NCBI GenBank assembly: GCA_965240325.2
Contig: OZ251225.1
Location: 3,472,001 to 3,536,000, forward strand
DNA from: Rebecca billardiae RCC1528
Lineage: Eukaryota; Protista; Haptophyta
Direction of reading: 5' to 3'
Length of the DNA: 64,000 nucleotides
In this document: piece after piece, positions 42,392 through 54,111 of the stretch
Position numbering within the stretch: the first letter of the stretch is position 1
How the letters are laid out: every line of letters begins with the position of its first letter
Made by a program: the position numbers and the translations under genes
The notes under the pieces: model-generated
Databases searched by the model: none
Seen by the model: the letters and a program-made list of their open reading frames with translations, nothing else
Told to the model about the DNA's origin: nothing

Positions 42392-44711
42392 TCACCACGC
42401 GGCGCCACGCGCAGAGGCCACCGGCATTTTCCCAGCGGCCGTCGCGGCGCTGCGACGGCGCCGCAGGCCACCGAGCGACGCGAGCGTGGGCAGCCACGAC
42501 TGGCGCTGAGGCACGGGCATCGACGCCGTCGCCCGTGGCGGCGGCGGCGGCGGCGGCGAGGACGAGCCGGCTGGCGCGGCGGCAGCGGCAGCGGGTGCCG
42601 CGCACGCAGAGCCGCTCCGACTGCTGCCGCTGTCCGCGTTGGAGTTGGACGCGAGGCTGCCGCCGCTCCCGGCAGCAGCCAGGCCGCGCAGCAGCACGCG
42701 CTGCATCCGCAGCTTGGTCGGGCTCGCTGGCTCCGCGCTGCCGAAGAATTTGCTCGCGCGCCGCGCCACCGCGACCGAGACACGCCGCGTGGTGTCACCC
42801 AGCACGCTCGGGATGCGCTTGAGCGAGGCGCGCGGCTTGATCGTGCTCAGCCGCGCCGCCGCGTCGCGCACGTGGTCGGTGAGACGGCCCATCATGTGCC
42901 GCTGCTTGTGCACCAGCTCGCGCCGGTGCGAGCGGATGCGCCGCCAGTTGGTGCGCACGCGCTGCTTGAGGGCAACGCGCTCCTGCGCGACGCGGTACGC
43001 GCGCGCGCAGCGCTTCGCCATCGTCTTCATCTTGAGCACCAGCTTGATGTTCTTGATCACGAGCTGAGGAACGCCGGCCGACCGGGAGCGCGCGGCACGC
43101 GGCGCGCGGGGCGTCAAGGGGCGCGGCCGTGCGTGCGTCGCCCACTACCGCGGCGCGCACGCGCGCGGTGTGTGCGGGGCGCACCTTGAGGAGCTTGAGC
43201 GCGCGCACGATCTTGGCGAGGTTGTGCGCGAGGCCCGTGCGCACGAGGAAGCGCCACGCCGCCTGCGGGTCCGCCTTCACCCGCGAGAGCAGCGTCTCGC
43301 GCACGCGCACGCCGATCGCGTGCTTCGGGCTGTACACCCCCGCCAGGTGCACGACCAGCGTGTACGTGGGGCACGCGAGGAAGAGCTGCAGCGGCAGGTA
43401 CGGCCGAGTGAGCCGGTGCCGCACGATCCGCCACGGGCTGAACTCGTACGTGTGCTCGGTGGGCTCGGCCGCGGCGGGGGCCGCGGCGGGCGCCGCGACG
43501 TGCGCTAGCTCCGCCGCGGCACTCGCCGCCGGCGCCGCCGCCGCCGCCGCCGCGGCGGCCAGCGTCCTGCGCCGGCGCGGGAAGAGAGACCCCCGCCGGC
43601 CCGCCCTGCGGCGGCGCGGCACGCGGTACGCAGTCACGAAGATGAGCAGGAAGTTGACGAGGTTGTACAGGTCGTTGGCGATGCGCAGGAAGTCGACGAG
43701 CCGGCACATGCGCGCGCACTGCGGCGGCGGGTGCAGCGGGCGGCACCGCCCGCGGTGCTTGTGCGACAGCAGCTGCGAGAGCAGCCGAGGCTGCGAGCGC
43801 TTGCGAGGGCCGCGCTCGCCGCGGTGCGCGTGCGCGTGCGCGTGCGCGCGCGGCGGCTCGGCCGAGGCGTGCGAGGCGGTGGCGTTGGCGGCGCGCCGCC
43901 GCGGCAGGCACTCGCGCAGCTTCGCGCCGCGCGGCGGCGCGCTCGGGTGCAGCGGCCGGCACACCTTCAGCCGCTCGCGGTAGATGAAGCGGTGGGATGC
44001 CTTGCCGGCAAACTTGAGCCACACAGGCAGCCGGCGCCGCACCGTCGGCTCCTGCGGCGCGCCCGACACGATGCCCTGGAAGACGTCCATCGCGGCGACG
44101 GGGCAGCGGCCGCGGCACTCGAGGCCGCGCAGCGTGTGCGCGTACGCGCGCCACGGCCACCACAGCTGCCACCACCGCCGCTCGGGGCGCGGCGTGATCG
44201 GCGGCGCGAGAATGTCGAGCACGGACGGCGCCTTGCCGCCCGCGGCCGCGGCCGTCAGCGCCGCGGACGTCTTGTTGAGCTCCTCCTCGGCGTCGAGGGC
44301 GCCGAGCGTGATGATGTCCATCGCGGTCGCCTGCAGGATGCGCACCGACGTCGGCGCCAGCAGCCGCACGCGCTCGAGCTGCCTGATGCTCTCTGGATCG
44401 CCCAGCCCGCCCGCGACGCACCGCCGGTGGTTGTGCAGCTGCGCGTTGAACTCGCCGTACCAGAGGACGGTCCCCAGCGCGTGCAGCAGGAGGAGCAGCA
44501 CGCCGAGGAGCTCCCACGCGAGGAAGCGCCGGCCGTACGGCCGGATCACCCACCAGTACTTGTACGACTCCGCGATCGACGACTCGTCGGGCAGCTCGCG
44601 GTGCAGCCGGAGGACGGGCGCAATCTGCTGCTCCCACTTGATCCGCTGGGCGTGCTCGATCGCTGAGGACCAGTCGGGGGCGCGCTTGCTCTCCGGTGGG
44701 CTGGCGGCCAT
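42392..44711 (-). CDS. Protein with S1-S4 segments resembling CNBD-family (CNG/KCNH/HCN) channels but no evident pore or CNBD; intron 43064-43184
   Basis: S1 VIRPYGRRFLAWELLGVLLLLL; S2 DLYNLVNFLLIFVTAY; S2-S3 SPWRIVRHRLTRPYLPLQLFLACP; S4 LAKIVRALKLLK|LVIK. Confidence 0.6.
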
Positions 44712-44911
44712 GGCGACCACACCCGTGCGCGAGGGCCGGATGTCGTATGCGGGCACGGTCAGTATTGGACCGCAGCACCGGTGCACCAGTCCTGCACCCA
44801 CTTGACCGTCGTGCTGGTGAGGCGCGGCCGCGCGCGCGTGCGCGCATCCATCGGGGACCAGGTCTGGTCTGGCCGCGGATCCTGGACGAACGGTGAGTCG
44901 GTGAGGACAGC

Positions 44912-45410
44912 ATGGCGAGGCTGCCGGGCGACGCGCGCGCCAGCCAGTGTGATCACACCGGCTGCACCACGAGGCCTAATTTCGGTATGCCGAGCTACGC
45001 GCGCGCCAGCCGGTGCGCTAGACACAAGCTGGCAGGCATGGTCGATGTGAGGACGTCCAAGTGTGATCACGCGGGCTGCACCACGCGGCCTTCCTTCGGC
45101 ATGCCGGGCGACGCGCGCGCCAGCCGGTGCGCTACGCACAAGCTGGCCGACATGGTCAACGTGAGGCACCCCAAGTGTGATCACACCGGCTGCACCAAGC
45201 AGCCTTCGTTCGGCATGCCGGGTGACGCGCTCCCCGCAGCCGGTGCGCTATGCACAAGCTGGGCAGCATGGTATGCAGTCGGCTCGCCGTCCCCAAGCGC
45301 AGGCTGGAGCATGGCACCGGGGACCAGGGCACGCGCGCCGCGTTGTGCCGGCACAAACACGCCAGCCACCTTGTATCACTGAGTCTGATGTATCGGACGC
45401 CGCGCCGCAG
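44912..45410 (+). pseudogene. Short, frameshifted EsV-1-7 repeat gene copy (3 units plus the start of the tail)
   Basis: PGDARASQCDHTGCTTRPNFG... The third unit is frameshifted. PKRRLEHGTGDQGTR (from ~45292) and VSDAAP appear in shifted frames and match the tail of 6843-10109. Confidence 0.82.
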
Positions 45411-45779
45411 CTTAATTTTAAAATAATTCGGCTTTCCGGCCACGCCTCCGCTGGTCGGGAGACTCGAAGTCGAGAGAGGTGCCCAGCGGGGCGGATTGCC
45501 AAGTGCCGCCACACGGTGACAAAGACACTACTGATGACTCTGATGAGTAGTCTGACCATTGGACGGTGATGGCATCCGATCTGCGCTGTCGTCCGATCAG
45601 ACTCCGGGACAGACCTCCGCGATGACGATGATACTTTATAATTAGCGCTCGTCATCGTCATTCTATTATATATATATTTCCGATGATCGGAATAATATAA
45701 TATGCCCGTCTAATAATAATTAACCAATGATGACGAATAATGGTCCGCAATTGCTGCTGCTGCTGACTACACTATAACT

Positions 45780-45847
45780 AGAGAGCGAGAGCCGAGCCCG
45801 AGACTCGAGAGAGAGTCGGAGCCGAGCCGAAAGAGAGACCGGAGACG

Positions 45848-45874
<27 letters not shown>
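45780..45874. repeat. GA-rich degenerate repeat ending in (GA)n
   Basis: Directly visible. Confidence 0.85.
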
Positions 45875-45879
<5 letters not shown>

Positions 45880-46125
45880 TCTGGTTCACTAGCTGGCAGC
45901 GTCTTATGAATTGAAGTTCATTGTCAAGTTGTCAGAGGGACTGTGAGACTGTCACGCTGACGCGTCCGTTATTTACTCATTCAGTCATCAGTGTGTGTGG
46001 AGCCTACTACTACTCCGTACTCGGCCTCGGGTGGCGCTCTGGCTGCTGCCGCCACCACGCAGCAGCTAGCAGGGCCCGTTCGAGCTACTCGGAGGGGCCG
46101 CGCACGGATCCATGATGCTGACGCG

Positions 46126-49100
46126 TCAGCGCGGTCGCGAGGGCGGCATCGGCGACGGGCCCGCCGCCGTGCGCGCTCCGGCCGCGAGCCCGCGCTTGCC
46201 CGCCGCGGAGATGTAGCCCACGCCCGCAGCCGCGGCGGCGGCGCTGTTGCTGCCGTGCCGCGCACTCCTGCGCGCGCCGCGGCCGCTCGGCTCCGGCTGC
46301 GGCGGCGCGGCGGACGGGACGCGCTCCATCGGGTACGCGACAAGTGCCTGCACGCCCCGGCCGGCCGCAAGGTCGCCAAAGACGGCCGCCGCGTCCTCCA
46401 TGCCCATCACGGGCGAGCGGCGGCGCGAGCTCGCCCACATCGCGCCAAACGCGCTCGAAAAGGCCTGCGCGTTCTGCTGGGAGACGGAGCGCCAGAGCGC
46501 CATCGCTGGCTCGGCGGTCGGCTCGTCGAGCAGCGCGCGCCACGCGGCGTCGCTCACGCCCTCCGGCTGGGGCATGCGCGCGAGCGTGGGCTCAAAGTCG
46601 AGGGAGCTCGGCAGCGCGGCGCCGCCTGCGTCGAGCGCGCTCGGCCGCAGGCGCGCGCTGCCCGGCGGCGCGTCGGCTGCGCCGCTCGACCCCTCGGCCA
46701 GCCTGATGCCGAGGTGCGCGCACCACAGGTACGTGCGCAGCGAGCGCGCGAACGAGTCGCCCTCGATGCGGACGCCCACCTCGGCGTCGCGGTCGCCGAG
46801 GAGGTCCCTGCGAGCGCGGCGGGGGAGGGGCGCGGCGCAGCCGTGAGCGCGCGCGGCGCGCAACGGGCGCGCGCCGCGCGCGGCGCGAGTGCTGGCGCGG
46901 CGCGCGGTGCACGGCCGCACCTGTCCGTGATCGTCGCCGTGCCCGCGACCACGACGCGGTCGTCCGCGATGGCGATGCGCGAGAGCACGCGCACGGGCGT
47001 CGCGTACGGCACGCCCTCCAGCGCCACGCACGCGTGCAGCGAGGAGAGCGTCAGATAGGCCTCGGGGTGGTGCACGCCGCGCGCGCGCAGCTGCGCATAC
47101 ACGGCCTCGAGAACCTCTAGCGCGCCGTCGAGCGGCTGCGCGGCGCTCGGCTCGGCGGGCAGCGGCAGCAGCAGGATGGCGTGGAACGGCGCGCGCAGCG
47201 CGTGCGCGAGGCAGATCCGGTCGATCAGCGCCTGCGCGACGCGGTGCCGCAGCGTGCCGGTCGAGCTGGCCGTGGCCGCGCCGCCCGGCAGCCCCCGGCC
47301 AGCGGATGAGGCGCGCGCGACCGACGGCCGGCCGAGCGTCGAGCGCCGGCCGAGCGTCGACTTGCGCCCGCCGAAGAGCGAGGCGTTCCGGCTGTTCGGC
47401 GCGCTCCCCGCGCCCAGCTTGGGCGGGTGCTCCTGCGCGTCCTCCACCAGCGCGCTCTCGACGTACACGAAGCGCTGCGCCGCTGCGATCAGCGAGACCA
47501 GCGCGTCGTGCACCGAGGCCTCGTGCGAGCAGCCCGCCGACCACGTCGCCGCCGAGCGCATCGCCTGGCACACGAGCTCGCCCTGCAGCTGGTACGGCGT
47601 GTACCCAGGCGGGTAGTCCGGCGCGGGCAGGATGGCGGGCACGGGCGCGTGCTTGGGCAGGCTCGGCCGCCGCAGCAGCGTCACCTCCGCAGCGGCGCGC
47701 GCGGCGCTCGGCCTCCGCTGCGCGTTGAGCCGCGTGGGCTCAACGCGCCTCACGTGGTTCCAGACCTCGGCAAAGTGACGCGCCACGTCGCGCGCGGGCG
47801 CGGCGAAGAGCTCCACGGCGAGCTCGTGGTCGAGGGAGAAGTGCGCGGACGCGAGCGCGGCGCTCCCGCCCGCCGCGCCGCCCACGCCCGCGCCCGCGCC
47901 CGCGCTCGAGCGCTCGGGCGCGCCGTCGGCCGCGCCCGCGCCGCTGCCCACCGAGCTGGCCCCTGACGGCCGGTGGGACGGGTAGGGCTGCGCCACCGCC
48001 GCGCTGCCGGCAGCCGCGGCGGCGGCCGCCACCGCCGCCTCCAGACTCTGCCTGGGCGGCCGGCTGGCGAGCTCGTCGCGCCCAGCGGGCAGAGGCGAGC
48101 CCTCAATCCCGCCGACCAGTGGCGAGCCGTCGCCCCTGCGCTCCAGCGGAGAGCCGGCGTCCGCGCCGCCCAGGGGCACGCCCGAATCTCTGTCGGCCAG
48201 CGGCGAGCCGCTCTTCCTCATCGCGGGCTTCAGCGCGGGGCCGCTTCGTGCCGCCGGCGGCGACGAGGCGCGCATGCCGCTGCTGGCCGCCGGCGGCGGC
48301 GTGGCGCGCGAGCGCAGGGCGCCGCTGCGCGGCGGCGTCGGCGAGCCTTTGTCGACAGGCGGCCGCGCAGCCGCCGCCGCCGCCTCCGCACCGCGTGCCT
48401 CCCCCTCGCCCGCCGCTGCCGCAGCCTCCTCCTCGCCCTGCGGCGCGGGCTGCTCGACGGCAGCGAGCATCTCCGCCAGAGAGCCCACCGTGCGCGTGAA
48501 GTCGGAGATCGTCTCGGTCATCGGGTCCACGTCGGTCGAGCGCCGGCGGTGGCTCGAGCCGGGCGACGAGGGCGCGCGCACGTCCGAAGCGAACGAGACT
48601 TGCGACGGGCGCTGCGTGCGTGTGCTGGTTGGCCCGGGCTCGGTGCGGCGCGCGGGCCTCGGCGCGGTGCCCGCGGACGGGCGGCCGCTCGGAGCCGCGT
48701 GGCTGAAGGGCGCCGAGGTGGTGCCGCCCGCCGAGCCGCCCGGGCGATCGAGCGGCGGCAGGCGCGGCGGCGGCGGCGCGCCGAGCTCGGCGGCCACCGC
48801 GCCAGTGGCGGCGCCGCGCTCGTCGTCGCGTGCGCGCGCGGCCGAGGCCTCCGCCGCGGCCGCGGCGCCGCGGGCGCGCGGCGGGCTGCGATCGGAGGGC
48901 ATGACTGGCGTGGGTAGCGGGTGCGGCGGGCGCACGAGCGGCGCCGGGACCACCGGCGATGCCGGCTGCGGCGGCGAGGGCGGCGGCTGCACGCCCGCCT
49001 CCTCAGGGCCCTCAGGCACCACACTCACGCCGCTCATGCGGTCAACCGGCGTGTCCGCTGCCGACGCGCCCGGCCTCGCCGACGCGCCGGCGCCGGGCGG

Positions 49101-52100
49101 CGGCTGCGGCGTGATCAGCGAGACGGCGGAGGAGGCGCCCGGCTGCCGCCGCGCGGCTGCGCCGAGCGGCTCATCCAGCTCGGCGGCCGAGATGATCGCG
49201 ATCTCCTGATCGACCGCAACCATCCGGCCCCCGTGCACCGCGCCGGGGCTGAAGTCGACGTCGAGCGAGGACGCGCTCACGCCCGCGCCGAGCGCGAAGA
49301 GGCCGCCCGCGGCGTACGCCGACTGCGCCTCGAGGGTGGAGGAGGGCTTGCGCGGCGCAGGCGGCGCGAGCAGCACGGCGATGCCGGGGTGCAGCCGCTG
49401 CAGCGCCTCCAGCTGATCCTGCGGCGTGCCTCCGGCCTCGAGCGAGCCGAGAGAGCGCTCGGCGGGGAGCAGCAGCGGCAGCGGCGCGGCGGGCGAGCCG
49501 CCCTGCACGATGCGCGAGCGCTGCGCCGGCGAGTAGTGCAGGTGTCGGCGCGAGGCGCGGCGCACGGCGCCGATCGGCGAGGCGCTGGCGCTGCTGCTGC
49601 CGCTGCGCGCGCTCCCCGAGTGCGCGGCGTCCACGTCCGCCTCGGTCGGGCACAGCAGGATGCGCACCGCCACGCCCTCCGCCGCCTTGGCCGCGAGCAG
49701 AGCGCCGAGCGTGGGCTCGGCGCGCTCGCCCCGCGCGTCGGCGCGCGCGCTGGCGCCGTCGAGCGAGTGCACGCGGCCGAGCAGCCGCAGCTGCGGGCTC
49801 ACCACGCGCGCGGAGATGAAGATCTCAGACTTTGCGCCGTCGAGGGCGTGCGTGACGGCGCCGAGCCACGCGCGCCGCCCGGCGTGCCACGCGGCCGCGC
49901 ACCGCCGGCGCGCGGGCGCGTACGAGCCGTGCGCGTGCGGCTTGGTCCAGTCCGACTGCGCGTGCGTCGCGCGCACCGCCGCGAGCCACTGCCCGAGCTC
50001 GCGCTCCGAAGGCGCCTGCAGCTGCAGGCTGCGGCCGGGCGCGAGCAGCGTCGCGATGTGCGGCGTGCGCGTCGGCTGCCGGCGCGAGAAGAGAGGTCGG
50101 CCGCCCGCGCCCGCGCCGAGCGCGAACATCTCGGGCGCGCCCACGCGCATCTCGAAGGAGCGGTCGAAGAGCCACACCTCCTCCACGGCCTCGGAGTCCG
50201 GGTGCAGCGAGTAGCACAGCAGGTTCGACTTGAGCACGAACCACGGGCCGGCGCCGCCGCCGGCGCTGAGGTGCGCGCTCGCGGGCGAGGCCGGGGAGAG
50301 CGGCGCGACGCGCGCCGCCTTGCGCGCCGGCGTGGGCGCCGCCGCGCTGCCCGCCGTGTGCGAGAGGCGGCGCGAGAGCTTCTCGTTCTCGGCCGCGCTC
50401 GCGTCGCCGCCGAGCCGGACGGAGGGCGCGCACGAGCCGATCAGCCGCGAGAGCCAGCCGCCCGCCGGCGCGCGCGGAGCGGCCGCGGGCAGCGCGATCG
50501 CGCGGCCGTGCGGCGTGCGCACGAGCATCGTGCCCTCGCGCCCCTTGTCCCACCCGTCGCGGCGGAAGGAGAGCGCGGAGACCTCGAGGAACGCGCGCAG
50601 CGGCGGCGACTCCCACGCGGCGCTCTGCCCGACCAGCGCGCGCAGAAAGATCGCGAGCTGCATCTCGAGCTCCGCGGCGGAGACGCCCGTGAGGTGCAGA
50701 GGGGGCACGCGCATCTTGACCGTCGCCGCGCCGCGCGCGTCCGAGCCGTCCACGCCGCCGCGCCGGTGCGCGGACGCGCGCGCGCGCGCGCGGTACTCCG
50801 CCAGCGCCGCGTGCAGCTGCGCGAACTGGCGCGCCGTGCGCAGGATCTCCCAGCGGAAGCCGCGCGTGTGCTCGCGCGGGCGGTAGAAGAGGCGCACGCG
50901 GTAGCTCAGCAGACGCAGCTCGGGGATCGACAGGAGGCCGCGGCCCACGCGCTCGTCGTGCTCGGCGCTCAGCCGCTGCGTGCCCTCGGACCAGCGCGAC
51001 GAGCGCACCGAGAACAGCGAGCGCCGCCCGTGCATGCCCAGCGCGTCCGAGCGCCGGCCGGCCACCGACGCCCGCGACTCGGCCGAGACGCGCCGGCCGT
51101 GCGGCGCGCCGCTCGCCCACGGCGGGCGCAGCGACGCTGCGCGCGAGCGGGGCTGCTCCGGGCTGGCTGGCTCGCTCTCATACACGCTCCCGCCGCCGCC
51201 GCCGCCGCCGCCGCCGGAGCGCAAGAAGCGCGTCATCAGGTTCCCGGCGCTTGGGCTCCGCATCCGGCTGCGCAGCGGCGGCGAGGGCTCGGTGGACGCA
51301 TATGGCGTGACGGCCGCGCCGCGCGACGGCCGCATCGACGGTCGACCCGAGGGCGCGCGCGAGGCCCCGGCGCTGGTCGCGCCGCGCGCGGGCATGAGCG
51401 CGAGCGATCCGTCGAGCGGCACCTGGTCCACGGTGAGCTCGACCGCGGGGCCGTCGAACTGGTAGTCCGTCTTGCCCGCCGGCGCCTCCGCGCGCGTCGC
51501 GCGCAGCGCCGCGGCTATCGAGAACTGGCCGTGCGGCCGGCGGCGCGATAGTCGGCTGCTCGGCTCGGGCGAGACGGCCATGATGTGCCGCAGCATATCG
51601 GCGGGGGTGAGCCGCCACTGCGAGTTGAGGGACGGGTCGCGCGAGACGGCGAGAGCCTCGGGCCCCGCGCGCTCCTCCGCCCCGGGCACGCTCAGCATCG
51701 CTCCGCGCTCGTCTGCCGAGCGCGAGCCGACGCCGTCGCCGGTCGGCCCGCGCGCGCGCAGCGGGCTCGTCAGCCGCTCCTCCCCGGGCTCGGGCGCGGA
51801 GCTGCCCGTCGACTCGAGGCTGGGGGTGACGATGACTGGCAGCACGCGCGCCGCGCCGCCTCGCACGCCGCCCGTGGATTTGGAGGACACCCTGCCGGGC
51901 GCTGCGCCGCTCGACGGCTCTGCGCTCGCGCCCTCCGCGCGCTCGGCCGGCTGCGAGGCGCGCGCGGGCTCGGCGGCGCCGGCCGCACTGCCGGCGCCCG
52001 TGGCGGGCGGCAGCGCAAGCGGCTCGAGCGCGGAGGCGGACGCCGAGGCCGCGGCGCCATCGGACGCGCCCGCGGCGCCCCCGCCGACGCTCGACGCGGG

Positions 52101-53685
52101 CTGCGCGGGCGAGGCCAACGGGCTCGCCTGGATGGCCGGCAGCGGCTCCACCTCCATCCGCGCCGCGCCCGCCCAGCCTCGCGAGGGCACCTTGCGCGCG
52201 GGCGCCGGCTGCCGCTCGGCGCTGGGGCCGTGCCCGACGCGCGGCGGCGATGAGGTCGAGCGCCTCGACTTGGACGGGCTCCCCGCGCCGCCGCCGCCGC
52301 CGTCCTCGCCCTCGTCGGTGATGGGCGGGAGGCGTTGCAGCGCCGGCGCCGAGAGGCGGCGCCGCTCGATGATTGCGCTCGGTGGCACAAAGTCGTCGGC
52401 GGCCATCTCGTCCTTCGCGTCGAGCGCGGCGAGGGCGAGCTCCTCGGCGCGCTGCACGCCGGAGTACTGCCGCCACGCCGCCTGGATCTGCCGCGCCGCG
52501 CGGTACACGACGTGCGACTCGTCGTGCGACAGCCCGGCGCGGTCGTATGCCGAGAGCTGGCGGTCGACCCGGCCGCGCAGCTGAAGCAGCGCGTCGTGCT
52601 GCGCCTGCGAGCGCTGCTCGAGCTTGAGCAGCGAGCGGCTGATCGCGTCGACGCGGCGCGTGAGCGCGGGCATGGCGAGCAGCTCCGACGCGGTGGGCCG
52701 CTCCTCCGGGTCCTTGATCAGCATCGCCTGCACCAGCTGCGCCAGCTCGGCCTTGGCGTCGTCCGGCGGGCGCGGCACGCTCACGTCACGCCTCACAATC
52801 TCCATCACGAGATGGCCGAGGTTCTTGCCGGCGAACGGCCGCCGGAGGAAGACGAGCTCGTACAGGATGCAGCCGAGCGACCAGATGTCCGCCGGCGTCG
52901 AGTAGGGCTTGCCCATCACCTGCGGGTGCGCGCGCGCGCGCGCGCGAGCGGGGGTGTCGCGCCGTCGAGCGCGGCCCAGCGGACGCGCGCGCGCGAGCGA
53001 GAAGGGAGCGCGCGGATGGATGGGGGCGCACCATCTCGGGCGAGAGGTAGTATGGCGTGCCGCAGATGGTCTCGGCGAGGTGCGCGGCGTTCGAGAGGTG
53101 CCGCGAGATCCCAAAGTCGCCGATGCGCACCAGCATCCCGCCCTGCGTGAGGAAGACGTTGCCCGGCTTCAGGTCGCGGTGGATGATGCTCTGCTCGTGC
53201 AGGTGCTCGAGCCCCCACAGCATCTGCGCGAGCCACGAGTACAGAAGGTCGGTGGCGAAGGGCTCGCCCCTGGCGGTCTGCTCGGTGATCCTGTCCGCCA
53301 TCGTGCCGCCGTCCGCGTACTCCATCACGATATCCAACAAGCCCGCCTTGTGGTTGATCACGCTTCCGTAGTACTTGATGATCACCGGGTGGTGCACCGA
53401 CGCGAGGATGCGCACCTCCGTCGAGGCGGCCGTGCGGTCCTTGGGTCCCATGTCGCCGATGGAGAGCCGCTTCGACACCACGTACAGCGACGGCTGCTGC
53501 GCGTGCTGCAGCAGGTACGCCTCGCCGCTCGCGCCGCGGCCGAGCATACGCAGCTCGCGAAAGTCGCTCAGCGGCACGAGGCCGTCCTCGCCGGAGTCAA
53601 GCTTGAGCTGCGCCGCATCGATCGTGTTGCGCACGAGGGGGCTTGGCGGCGGCATGCCGCCAGACGCCCTCGCTGGGCTGCGCAT
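46126..53685 (-). CDS. NEK-family kinase + IQ + PX + PH + phospholipase D (PLD1/2-type) fusion with degenerate HKD motifs; introns 52920-53031 and 46808-46920
   Basis: Kinase: GRGASG, HRDLKPGN, DFGISR, ICGTPYYLSPE, DIWSLGC. IQ: AARQIQAAWRQY. PLD1/2 blocks: AFLEVSALSF, AKSEIFI, ARDVARHF..WN, CQAMRS..WSAG, LGDRDAE. The reading frame is continuous between the introns. Start is at 53685 or 53655. Confidence 0.82.
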
Positions 53686-54111
53686 GCTCCTAGCTCAGGC
53701 CCGCCCTCACAGCCGACTGGCAACAACCATACCTGGCAAGGGGACCAGGGCCATCGGTCGGGGCGGGCTGCCTTCGAGTAGCAGCTCAGGATCGAATATA
53801 CAAAGTAACCAACGCGCCGATGAAAATGAGGATACAATAATCAAGGCGCAGATAGCCGTTTACGGCTATCTCCCTTGATACGATACCGGCGATGTCGTCG
53901 CCTAATCAGCGAGCGGGTACGTAACGTCCGGACGCCGCACTGTCACAACCCGCCGCCATAACTTCAACTACGGCTCTGCTGGCTCAGACTGCATCAGTTG
54001 GTCCGTTCTGGCGTTGAGAAGGCTCACGTCTTCCCGCCTGTCGACGTCTGTCCACTCCGTAGCTAGTAGCATGATCACGGAGGATGATGGGCGCACTCTC
54101 AGCCGAGGCGC

